Shown here piece by piece: positions 1 to 8,946 of a stretch of DNA of 64,000 nucleotides (its first letter is position 1; every line of letters starts with the position of its first letter). Location of the stretch: the NCBI GenBank assembly GCA_965219455.1, contig OZ244744.1:2592001-2656000 (forward strand), read 5' to 3'. The notes under the pieces were generated by a model. The model ran no database searches. It was given only the letters and a program-made list of their open reading frames with translations, and had not been told where the DNA came from. This DNA is from Candidatus Latescibacterota bacterium. Lineage in GTDB: Bacteria > Latescibacterota > UBA2968 > GCA-2709665. Position numbers and translations under genes: made by a program.

Positions 1-205
1 CAATGCAGGCAGGCTCAGGGCAGCGCATTCGACCCGTCGACAAGCTCAGGGACCGCAGGCTCAGAAAAAGGTCCACGGGGACCGGCTCGGCTTCTGCGAC
101 TCCCCCTCAAGGGGGAGTGATTACACAGTCAATCGGGCTCGCGCGTTCATTTCCACCTATTCAGTTGCGCCTGCCTGCCGTGCCGGGCACGGCGCAGGCA
201 GGGCC
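1..205. repeat. Cluster of short intergenic palindromes (tcgacaagctca, actccccctcaagggggagt, cctgcctg...gcaggcagg)
   Basis: Palindromes visible at ~37-49, 99-118 and 168-202; related motifs recur at 18091-18165, 18636-18652 and 30037-30070. Confidence 0.6.
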
Positions 206-271
206 GAACAACCAAAAGCCGCGACAGGGCGCGTACCGAATTTTGGCGCCTGATTCGCCCTCTATTGGCGG

Positions 272-964
272 TTAATTCGGCGCCTGCTCCCTGATATTCT
301 CGGATACCACGTGGCCGTCGAACAGGTGAACGACGCGGTGAGCGAATCCGGCATCGTGGGCTTTGTGCGTTACCATCACAATGGTCGTCCCGTTCTTGTT
401 CAGTTCCGTCAGCAGTCCCATCACTTCATTGCCGTTGGCGGAGTCCAGGTTCCCCGTGGGCTCGTCCGCGAGGATGATATTCGGATTCGAGATGACCGCC
501 CGCGCCACGGCCACGCGCTGCTGTTGGCCGCCTGACAACTGCTGCGGGAAGTGCTTCTCGCGGTGTTTGATGCCCATATATTCCATCGACTCGTCCACGC
601 GTTTTCTGCGTTCTTTGGACGGCATCTTGAGGTACAGAAGCGGCAGCTCGATATTCTCGGCCACGGTCAGCTCGTCAATCAGATTGAAGCTCTGAAACAC
701 GAAACCGATATTCGCCTTTCGCGCATCGGCTCTCTGCCTCTCCGTGTGTTTCGATACCTCCACGTCGTTCAGGTAGTACTCTCCATCGGTCGGGTTATCC
801 AACAATCCAAGCACGTTCAGCAGCGTGGATTTGCCGCAACCCGACGGCCCCATCACCGCCACGAACTCGCCTTCACTGATCTCCAGGTTGACGTTTCGCA
901 GCGCGGTTGTTTCGACTTCTTCGGTCCTGTACACCTTCTGTAAATCCACAGTCTTGATCATCAC
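272..964 (-). CDS. ABC transporter ATP-binding protein, MacB/LolD family
   Basis: Walker A GPSGCGKS, signature LSGGQQQR, Walker B ILADEPTGNLD, H-loop VTH; 230 aa. Confidence 0.95.
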   Translation of the reverse strand: MMIKTVDLQKVYRTEEVETTALRNVNLEISEGEFVAVMGPSGCGKSTLLNVLGLLDNPTDGEYYLNDVEVSKHTERQRADARKANIGFVFQSFNLIDELTVAENIELPLLYLKMPSKERRKRVDESMEYMGIKHREKHFPQQLSGGQQQRVAVARAVISNPNIILADEPTGNLDSANGNEVMGLLTELNKNGTTIVMVTHKAHDAGFAHRVVHLFDGHVVSENIREQAPN

Positions 965-1946
965 TAGGCTCCTATAAAAAGGGTAAACGTTAGACGGGAA
1001 ACGGGAGATGATGTGAGTACCTTATGAAAGGGTAGACGGTAGACGGGAGAGGGTAGAGGAAATGTGTGCCTGATAGTCTTATAGGCCGTAACAACAACGG
1101 CTACTGAAGCGGCACGGGCTAAAATGAAAGGCCGTTTGTCAATCTCAAAATCATGGCGCGCAAGTTTCAACATGGCGTTCAGGCTCTATCCTTTTTGACG
1201 TGGCGCCGCATCAGATGGCAAGGTCTTTCCTCTACCGCCCCCCGGCCACCTCACCCGGGGTAAGACGTTAGACGGAAGAGGGGAGAGATTGCCTGCCCCG
1301 TGCGGTTTCATTTCTTGCCGGTGGCATAAAGGAAGAACCAATCGGGCAAGGATGTCTTCTCCCGGTTCCCGGCTCCCGTCTCCCCGCTTTCAGGTTTTTC
1401 CTCTACCGTCTCCCAGCTCACCTCTTACCGAAGTTAGACGGGAGATGATGTGAGTGCCTTATCGTCTCAAAAGTCGCAAAAGACATTGGCTGAGTTTTCG
1501 GCACGGATTACGACGAAACCCTATTTGTCAGTCCTGGCAGTAACGCAATTTGGCTGAAAATCAGCATCGTGTCTTGGCGCTATCCCTTCTCGCTCTGGCG
1601 CCGCATCAGGTGGCAAGGTTTTTCCTCTACCGCCCCCCGGCTACCTCACCCGGGGTAAGACGTTAGACGGAAGAGGGGAGAGATTGCCTGCCCCGTGCGG
1701 TTTCATTTCTTGCCGGTGGCATAAAGGAAGAACCAATCGGGCAAGGATGTCTTCTCCCGGCTCCCGTCTCCCGTCTCCCCGCTTTCAGGTTTTTCCTCTA
1801 CCGTCTCCCGGCTCACCTCTTACCGAAGTTAGACGGGAGAGGATATGAGTGCCCTCTGGTTTTTCTTGTCGTTACGACAACGGCAATGAAACTGGCACGG
1901 GTTATGTGGGTTCTCGTTATGTCAATCTCAAGATCATAGCGCATAG

Positions 1947-2023
1947 TCTTCGTTCCTGCAAACCTTCTGTAAATTCACCGTTTGGATCATCTGGGAGCCC
2001 CTATAACAGGGTAGACGTTAGAC
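1947..2023 (-). pseudogene. Degenerate copy of the 5' end and leader of the ABC ATPase gene, inside array unit 3
   Basis: ATG at 1990 reads MIQTVNLQKVCRNED versus MIKTVDLQKVYRTEE at 961; upstream cctata-N3/4-agggtaRacgttagacgg also matches 970-996. Confidence 0.85.
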
Positions 2024-2255
2024 GGAAGTGGGGAGAGATTGCCCGCCCGTTCGGTTTCATTTCTTGCCGGTGGGATAAAGGAAGAACCAATCGAGCAAGG
2101 ACGTCTTCTCCCGGCTCCCGTCTCCCGTCTCCCCGCTTTCAGGTTTTTCCTCTACCGTCTCCCGGCTCACCTCTTTCCGAAGTTAGACGGGAGAGGATAT
2201 GAGTGCCCGTTCGTTTTATTAGCCGTAACAAAAATGGCTAAGGACCCGGCACGGG

Positions 2256-2615
2256 TTACGAGGAAACTCTACTAATCAATCCTGACAGCAAACCAAACAA
2301 TCGATTCATCGTTTCTGATATTGATTGAACGTCATCGTCCGAACACAATTGGAGGTTTAGTGAAATTTCAAGTTGAGTATCCAACTCAACCAGCGAACTC
2401 CTGGCTATTTCGAGAAATCTTCTGCGTTCAGCATTCGAAGATCTTGCTGATCCCTCGGCGATGTTAGACGGTATTGAGACAGCAGACCGACGTAACTGGC
2501 TGGTAATGCCATAGAGTTCGGTGGAAGGAAATTCAGAGGTCAGAGTATAAATCTCGTTCACCAGATCGATGCTCTTTTTCCATACTACAAGCTTCTTGTG
2601 GCTGAGTTCCATCAT
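2256..2615 (-). CDS. Four-helix-bundle protein (23S rRNA intervening-sequence protein / Avd-like fold)
   Basis: Family motifs HKKLVVWKKS, FPSTELYGITSQLRRSAVSIPSNIAEG, FLEIARSSLVELDTQL; 119 aa. Confidence 0.93.
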   Translation of the reverse strand: MMELSHKKLVVWKKSIDLVNEIYTLTSEFPSTELYGITSQLRRSAVSIPSNIAEGSARSSNAERRRFLEIARSSLVELDTQLEISLNLQLCSDDDVQSISETMNRLFGLLSGLISRVSS

Positions 2616-3702
2616 CGCGTTTGTACCTATCCTATAAGGGTTTGGCGCCGAACCGGTTGCGGGGGTTTTTCCTCTTTCGCCTTACTGAAGTTAGACGTAA
2701 GACGGAAGAGGGGAGATGATATGAGTGCCGTATCGTGTTATAGGTCGTAAATACAAAGGCTACGTTGTCGGCACGGATTATAATGGAACATTTTTTGTCG
2801 ATCTCGAGCTGATGGGGTTCGAGATTCGAAATGGCGTTCAGGCTCTATCCTTTTTGACGTGGCGCCGCATCAGGTGGCAAGGTCTTTCCTCTCCCGCCCC
2901 CCGGCCACCTCACCCGGGGTAAGACGTTAGACGGAAGAGGTGAGAGATTGCCCGCCCGTTCGGTTTCATTTCTTGCCGGTGGGATAAAGGAAGAACCAAT
3001 CGGGCAAGGACGTCTTCTCCCGGCTCCCGTCTCCCGTCTCCCCGCTTTCAGGTTTTTCCTCTACCGTCTCCCGGCTCACCTCTTTCCGAAGTTAGACGGG
3101 AGAGGATATGAGTGCCCGTTCGTTTTATTAGCCGTAACAAAAATGGCTAAGGACCCGGCACGGGTTACGAGGAAACGCTTTCTGTCAAACTCAAGCTCAT
3201 GGTGAACGAGATTCAAGATGGCGTTCCGGCGCTATCCCTTCTCGCTCTGACGCCGCATCAGGTGGCAAGGTCTTTCCTCTCCCGCCCCCCGGCCACCTCA
3301 CCCGGGGTAAGACGTTAGACGGAAGAGGTGAGAGATTGCCCGCCCGTTCGGTTTCATTTCTTGCCGGTGGGATAAAGGAAGAACCAATCGGGCAAGGACG
3401 TCTTCTCCCGGCTCCCGTCTCCCGTCTCCCCGCTTTCAGGTTTTTCCTCTACCGTCTCCCGGCTCACCTCTTTCCGAAGTTAGACGGAAGACGTTAGACG
3501 GGAGAGGATATGAGTGCCCGTTCGTTTTATTAGCCGTAACAAAAATGGCTAAGGACCCGGCACGGGTTACGAGGAAACGCTTTCTGTCAAACTCAAGCTC
3601 ATGGTGAACGAGATTCAAGATGGCGTTCCGGCGCTATCCCTTCTCGCTCTGACGCCGCATCAGGTGGCAAGGTTTTTCCTCTACCGTCTCCCGGCTCCCG
3701 TC

Positions 3703-5151
3703 TCACCGCTGTAAAACGAGTTTATCTATTTCCTCATAGTTCTCATACGACGACGTTACGACACGCTCTCCGGGCGACAGGCCCTCGAGTACCTCGAAAT
3801 ACTCCGGATTCTGGCGTCCGATGCGAACATCGCGCCGCACGGCCAGGTCGCCCTCGACCACAAAGACCCAGTTCCCGCCTGTGGTCTGATAGAAACCGCC
3901 GCGCGGCAACAACATAGCGACTTCCGGCGCGTCCAGTTCCAGCCGAATCTGCTCCGTCTGGCCGCGGCGAATGCTCTGTGGCGCTTCGCCGATGAAATCC
4001 ATGTCCACCTCGAATTGCCCTTCCTTCACCTCGGGAAACACCCGGCGGATCTTCAGCTCGAATTTCTCGTCGTCGATTTCAATTGTCCCTCTGAGTCCCG
4101 CTGTGATTCTCGTTATGTAGAATTCATCGATAGCCGCACGCATCTTGTAGGCGTCCAGAACGTCGATCTGGCCGATGCTGGTCCCTCTCGCGATCAACTT
4201 GCCGATTTCGGCGTTGAGTTGCGACAGTTGTCCGTCGATCGGCGCGCGGACAGTCAGGTTTCTCAATGGACGGCGCACGTCATCCAGTTGAAGCTGCAAG
4301 CTATGTGCGCGCTTCTGCAGGGCAGCGAGTTCATTGATTCGATACAGTGAGTCGCGTCTGACCGTCTCGAGCATAAATACTCTGAGTTTTTGGGCATGCT
4401 TGTAACTGTCTTCTGCCGACATGAAATTTTCTCGAGACGTGAAATTTCGTTCGAATAGCGCTTTCTGCCTCAGAAATTCGCGCTCTGACCTTTGCAATTC
4501 CAGTTCGATGTCCATCAATGAGCGTTTTCGCTGGATATCCTGTATTTCCTGGTTCAACCGCGTGTTTTCCATTCTGTTGATCTGCTCGAACAATTGCGCT
4601 TCCTGGCTCAGCACGGTCTGTTCCAGGGATGGGTTCGACATGCGCAAGATCCGCGTGCCTTTTTCTACCATTGCCCCCTCTTCAAGGAATATCTCCTCCA
4701 CCTGCCCGCCTTCGAGCGCATCCAGGTAGTGCGACTGAATGGGCATCACGGTGCCGCGCTGGGGGATAAACTCCTGAAAGGGACCGACGGTGACTTCGGA
4801 TATCGTGATTCGCTCCACCTGCACGTTGAGCCTGGCGCTGTGGTCGCCGAATATCGCCATATAGACCACTAAGCCCACAAATCCCGCGACCGCTGCAACG
4901 CTCATGATCCGCTTCGGCGTCCAGAATTTCCTTTCGAGTTTGCGGTCCGTGCCCGGAATTGTCTTGTCGCGTGCCCCTTCAGACGACGAGGTATCGGCAC
5001 TCACGAAACCGGGCATCGGTCTATCTCCGCCAACGGAGTCCGACGTGCCCTCGGATGATTCCCGACTGGAAGTCTGGCGACCAGCCGGCGCGCCTGCCTG
5101 ATCCAGCTTCAACACGCGTCCCTTGTCCTTCTGTGATTTTTGCTCTTCCAT
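3703..5151 (-). CDS. Efflux periplasmic adaptor (MacA/HlyD-family membrane fusion protein)
   Basis: N-terminal TM segment, lipoyl-like halves (GGQVEEIFLEEG; VRAPIDGQL), long coiled coil, C-terminal EVLEGLSPGERVV. Confidence 0.93.
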   Translation of the reverse strand: MEEQKSQKDKGRVLKLDQAGAPAGRQTSSRESSEGTSDSVGGDRPMPGFVSADTSSSEGARDKTIPGTDRKLERKFWTPKRIMSVAAVAGFVGLVVYMAIFGDHSARLNVQVERITISEVTVGPFQEFIPQRGTVMPIQSHYLDALEGGQVEEIFLEEGAMVEKGTRILRMSNPSLEQTVLSQEAQLFEQINRMENTRLNQEIQDIQRKRSLMDIELELQRSEREFLRQKALFERNFTSRENFMSAEDSYKHAQKLRVFMLETVRRDSLYRINELAALQKRAHSLQLQLDDVRRPLRNLTVRAPIDGQLSQLNAEIGKLIARGTSIGQIDVLDAYKMRAAIDEFYITRITAGLRGTIEIDDEKFELKIRRVFPEVKEGQFEVDMDFIGEAPQSIRRGQTEQIRLELDAPEVAMLLPRGGFYQTTGGNWVFVVEGDLAVRRDVRIGRQNPEYFEVLEGLSPGERVVTSSYENYEEIDKLVLQR

Positions 5152-5217
5152 ACGACTTACCTTTACAACTCTTGAGACGTTGGCTTACAACCATTCCAGG
5201 TCGATTCTTTCCAGTTC

Positions 5218-5850
5218 CTATAGACTCACCGCCATCCCCAGACGTTCGACCTCCCGTCTCAACTGATGCCTTCCCCGGTATAACCAGACTTTCAACGTTC
5301 CGATGGGAACCTGGAGTTCCTCGACGATCTCATGATAGGACCGTTCACCCACGTAATGCAACCAGACCGCCTCCCGATGCCGTTCCGGCAGCGCCCCGAT
5401 GCTCCGCATCACAATTTGCCGGCGCTCCTTTCGCACCATCACCGCTTCCGGATCCTCGTGAGTCGCCGGGCGCCACCGCGCCTGGAGTGCGGGCGCCGCA
5501 TCCTCGACCTCACTTAGCCAGTTCTTCCGCTTTCTCAAGGACCGAGAATAGGATGTACACACATTCATGGCAATGCGGGTCAGCCACGTGGAGAACGCTG
5601 CCTGTCCCCGAAAGCCAGCCAGTCCCTGAAAGGCCTTGATAAAGACCAGCTGAACCAGATCCTCGGTCTCATCTGCGTTCCTTGCACATCGGTGCACGAG
5701 CGCTCGCACACGGTCACGATGCCGCCTGAAGAGAACCTGATAGGCCCAGTCATCGCCGGCAACGGCCCTGTCGATCAGCGTCGCGTCAGGCTCAGGCGCG
5801 CAGTGCAACGTCTGGAATTCGCTTTTCTTTTTCATCACAACGGGACCCAC
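5218..5850 (-). CDS. ECF-type RNA polymerase sigma-70 factor (start may be 5835)
   Basis: Region 2 EDLVQLVFIKAF...FSTWLTRIAMN and region 4 SYHEIVEELQVPIGTLKVWLYRGR. Confidence 0.92.
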   Translation of the reverse strand: MGPVVMKKKSEFQTLHCAPEPDATLIDRAVAGDDWAYQVLFRRHRDRVRALVHRCARNADETEDLVQLVFIKAFQGLAGFRGQAAFSTWLTRIAMNVCTSYSRSLRKRKNWLSEVEDAAPALQARWRPATHEDPEAVMVRKERRQIVMRSIGALPERHREAVWLHYVGERSYHEIVEELQVPIGTLKVWLYRGRHQLRREVERLGMAVSL

Positions 5851-5901
5851 TCTTTTTTCAAATCGAAAGTCTCCAGGCTACCAGATTCTCTTCAGATGAC
5901 T

Positions 5902-6019
5902 AGCGACAACCGTGCCAACAGACATTTCTATATATTTTTCAATTGTTTAGGTCGATACTATCATGAAAGCTCGACAAACAAGTGTCCGTTTTCGATACAC
6001 TGATGTCCGAAAATGAACA
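5902..6019 (-). promoter_or_regulatory. Sigma-54 promoter with IHF-like site and tandem enhancer, upstream of the ECF sigma gene
   Basis: Minus strand TGGCACG-GTTG-TCGCT (5917-5902); TTTCAATTGTTTA at ~5937; TGTCCGTTTTCGATACA 5983-5999 and TGTCCGAAAATGAACA 6004-6019. Confidence 0.8.
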
Positions 6020-6142
6020 GTTGGCGGCGACCCGCAACGAAGCAAGGGTCCAACTGCAAAATCCGCCTGCGCCCCTCGGTATAAACCCGATTACCAGGCT
6101 GGGGAGGGCGCCAGGCTCAATATATGGGCACGACAAGCCTCT

Positions 6143-8482
6143 TCACTCGGTCCGTAGCGCGTCCACCGGATTCGCCCACGCCGCCCGGATGGCCTGGGCG
6201 CTAACGGTCAGCAGCACGGCCAGCAGCACCAATATCCCACCCAATACAAACGTGCCGATGCCCGGTTCTATCCGATACGCGAAGTCCTGCAACCATCGAT
6301 CCGTTGCATAATACGCCGCGGGGAACGCAATGAGACTTGCAATGACCACGAGCTTTACGAAATCCCTGGACAACAGGGAGACGATCCCGGATGCATGGGC
6401 GCCCAGGACTCTTCGAACGCCGATCTCCCGGGTCCGGCGCGCAACCGAAAGGGCCGTGAGCCCGAACGCTCCGAGACAGGCGATAAAGACCGCGAGCAGC
6501 GCGGAAAACCATAAGACCCGGTTCCAGCGATCCTCGTCCCTATATTGGCCCTTAACTTCGTCGTCAAGAAAAAAATGCTGAAACTCAAGGCCAGGCGCGA
6601 TCTCGCGCCATTTCTCTTCGAGGAAGGCCACCGTACCGGGGATGTTCTCCGGGCGGATCCTGACAAACAACATGCCCCATCCCATCCTATCGAGCCTCAA
6701 CACAGCCGGTCCGATCCTGTGGTGCAGAGAGCGAACGTGGAAGTCCTGGACAACCCCGATCACCGTAACATCCCGTTCTTCCACTCGCAGCATCCTGCCC
6801 ACAACCTGATTCTCCCACCCCAAGCGCCGGACCAGGGCCTCGTTCACGATTATCGAGGACCGAAAATCCGAACTCCGTGGAAAGAAATCGGCTCCCTCCA
6901 GGAGGGATAAGCCCATTGTCTTCAGAAAGTCATATCCGACATCAACCAGCTCGACATCCAATTTTTCTCCTTGATACTCTACGTTGCCGAGGTACCTCGT
7001 CCGGTTGCTCAGCGCATGCGTGGTGGTCGTTATCCCCAGGACCGTATGGTGACGTATCAACTCATTCCGGAACACGTCAACAGGGCCTGAATCTCTCTGC
7101 CACAGATCCCAAATCGGGATACGCAGGACATGTTCGCTTTTGAAGCCCAGCGGTTTTTTCTTCAGATACTCAAGTTGCCGGACCATCAGAAGCGCACTGA
7201 CAACCATAAAGACTGACATCGCTAACTGAAAAACCACCAGCGCCCTTGCGAACAGGCTGGTGGCTCCGAACCTGTGCCTTCCTCCTAACACCACAACCGG
7301 TTGAAACCCGGACAGAACAAAGGCCGGATAACCGCCAGCCGCCAGCCCGACGGCCGCCGAGAGTCCGACCAGAAAGGCCAGCCCAGCGCCATCCGTCTGA
7401 TCGCGAAGGGCGAGGTCCATCCCGACCAGGTTGTTGAATGCCGGCAGGAGGAGTTCCGCCAGAACTACCCCGGTAATCAGGGCCATCACGCTCAACAACA
7501 TCGACTCTCCCAGGAACTGCTGAGTCAGCTGCGTCCGAGATGCGCCCGACACTCTACGCATCGCGACCTCCCGGTCGCGAGAGAATGACCGGCCCACGGC
7601 AAGGGTCATGAAGTTCACGCATGCAATTACCAGCACCATAAGAGATATTCCAATAAGAACATATGAATAGACCGGATTGCTCACAGGCTTCGGTCCCCGA
7701 CCGCCGCGGTTGAGATGTACCTCCAGAAGGGGCTGAAGGCCAAACTTATTTTCCGCATTTTCACCGAACCATGTCTTTACAAGTCCCGGAAACTGCTCCT
7801 CCAGATCGGCCAGCCAGACGTGTTCCGAAAGAAGCACATAGGTCGCGATATTATAATGTCTCCAATTTCGGGGTTCACCCCTGGCGGCAAACGGAGCCAG
7901 AAAGTCGAACCGGATGCTGGAGTTTTTTGGAATGGTCTTAGCAATCCCGGTTATAACGAAATCCCGGTCCGCAGCCGGCGGCCCCCATAGTCTCACTGAA
8001 AGGACTTTGCCGAGGGGATCTTCATGTCCGAAGTATTTTCGGGCCGCCGCTTCGGTGATCACAAGAGAGGACGGATCTTCCAGCACGGTTGCAGGGTCTC
8101 CCTTCAGCAGGGGAAAAGTGAACACTTCGAGGATCGCCGGATCGGCAAAGTAGATACTTCGCCCTAGAGACCGGTCCCCCTCCTTCACAGATGAAGCGCC
8201 CCCGCCGATCCTTACGGCCGGGATGTCTGGAAACGCTGCCACCAGCGCGGGCCCCAGCGGATCCGGCGTCATGCCCGACTGTCCAAATCCCGTCTCAGTA
8301 TATACGCGGTAAATCCTATCCGCATAGTCGTGGAACGTGTCGTACGTCCACTCGTGCCGGACGAACAGAAATGTCAGGATGCAAAACGCAATTCCGATCG
8401 ATAGGCCCGCCACGTTGATCAAGGAGTAGACCTTGTGCCGCATGAGATTTCGATACGCCACGATCAGATAATTTCGGAGCAT
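6143..8482 (-). CDS. ABC transporter permease, duplicated MacB/FtsX type (paralogue P1)
   Basis: MLRNYLIVAYRNL start, two periplasmic domains plus two FtsX domains (REVAMRRVSGA; RRTREIGVRRVLGA), NPVDALRTE end; 779 aa. Confidence 0.95.
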   Translation of the reverse strand: MLRNYLIVAYRNLMRHKVYSLINVAGLSIGIAFCILTFLFVRHEWTYDTFHDYADRIYRVYTETGFGQSGMTPDPLGPALVAAFPDIPAVRIGGGASSVKEGDRSLGRSIYFADPAILEVFTFPLLKGDPATVLEDPSSLVITEAAARKYFGHEDPLGKVLSVRLWGPPAADRDFVITGIAKTIPKNSSIRFDFLAPFAARGEPRNWRHYNIATYVLLSEHVWLADLEEQFPGLVKTWFGENAENKFGLQPLLEVHLNRGGRGPKPVSNPVYSYVLIGISLMVLVIACVNFMTLAVGRSFSRDREVAMRRVSGASRTQLTQQFLGESMLLSVMALITGVVLAELLLPAFNNLVGMDLALRDQTDGAGLAFLVGLSAAVGLAAGGYPAFVLSGFQPVVVLGGRHRFGATSLFARALVVFQLAMSVFMVVSALLMVRQLEYLKKKPLGFKSEHVLRIPIWDLWQRDSGPVDVFRNELIRHHTVLGITTTTHALSNRTRYLGNVEYQGEKLDVELVDVGYDFLKTMGLSLLEGADFFPRSSDFRSSIIVNEALVRRLGWENQVVGRMLRVEERDVTVIGVVQDFHVRSLHHRIGPAVLRLDRMGWGMLFVRIRPENIPGTVAFLEEKWREIAPGLEFQHFFLDDEVKGQYRDEDRWNRVLWFSALLAVFIACLGAFGLTALSVARRTREIGVRRVLGAHASGIVSLLSRDFVKLVVIASLIAFPAAYYATDRWLQDFAYRIEPGIGTFVLGGILVLLAVLLTVSAQAIRAAWANPVDALRTE

Positions 8483-8704
8483 GGTGCCAGTGCCTCTATC
8501 CTGGTTATTTCATGAATTGTCGCTGTAAGAATCCTACCATAAGACGTCAACGCAAAATGCGTGTAGATTTGGTCACGCTGCTTGCATACGGTAAAGCGTT
8601 GAAAGGGTGCGCGCATTCACTTGCGACTATTCGGTTGCGGCTGAGCATAGCGAAGCCCCGCTAGGTCGTACATATGTAAGATACCCGCGTCTCGATTATA
8701 CAGA

Positions 8705-8823
8705 AGCGACAACCGTGCCAGCGAACATTTCTATATATTTTTCAACTATTTACGGACGGCGCCCTTTAAAAAAAGCAACAAATAAGTGTTCGATTTTGAT
8801 ACACTAATGTCCGAAAACGAACA
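8705..8823 (-). promoter_or_regulatory. Sigma-54 promoter with tandem enhancer, upstream of permease P1
   Basis: Minus strand TGGCACG-GTTG-TCGCT (8720-8705); TGTTCGATTTTGATACA 8787-8803 and TGTCCGAAAACGAACA 8808-8823. Confidence 0.8.
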
Positions 8824-8946
8824 CTTGGCGGCGGCCCGCAACGACGCAAGGGTCCAACTGCAAGATCCACCCGCGCCCCCAGGTAGAAACCCGATTACCA
8901 GGCTGAGGAGGGCGACAGACTCAATACATGGGCACGACAAGTCTCT

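Larger units (their letters stand above)
986..3702. repeat. Seven-unit tandem array (period 354-522 bp, mostly ~390) of conserved hairpin repeats and variable segments
   Basis: Variable segments begin with GTGCC at 1066, 1454, 1849, 2203, 2725, 3112 and 3514. Conserved hairpin core (ttgcc..aatcgggcaagg) at ~1289, 1684, 2039, 2948 and 3336. AGACGTT/AGACGGG heptamer runs flank the units. Confidence 0.95.

Noticed and set aside
1108-1135. GGCACG in each variable segment as a sigma-54 -24 box
   Set aside because: No conserved -12 TGC; the motif is explained by pairing with GTGCC
964-3618. Array of peptide/RiPP precursor ORFs (964-1173, 1849-2202, 2725-2922, 3436-3618)
   Set aside because: Reading frames are not conserved between units (in-frame stops and indels on both strands), and no modifying enzymes are nearby
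1066-3639. Classical DGR (Avd + template repeat; AACAACAAC in unit 1)
   Set aside because: No reverse transcriptase in the window, no matching variable region found in a target gene, and invariant columns include both A (5) and T (8), so there is no strand-specific adenine pattern. A trans-acting RT elsewhere cannot be excluded.
986-3702. CRISPR array
   Set aside because: Repeats (~270 bp) and variable parts (~125 bp) are far too long, the variable parts are homologous to each other, and no cas genes are present
986-3702. Integron attC sites (GTTAGAC fits GTTRRRY)
   Set aside because: No complementary RYYYAAC box at attC distance and no integrase; the motif is part of the AGACGTT heptamer runs
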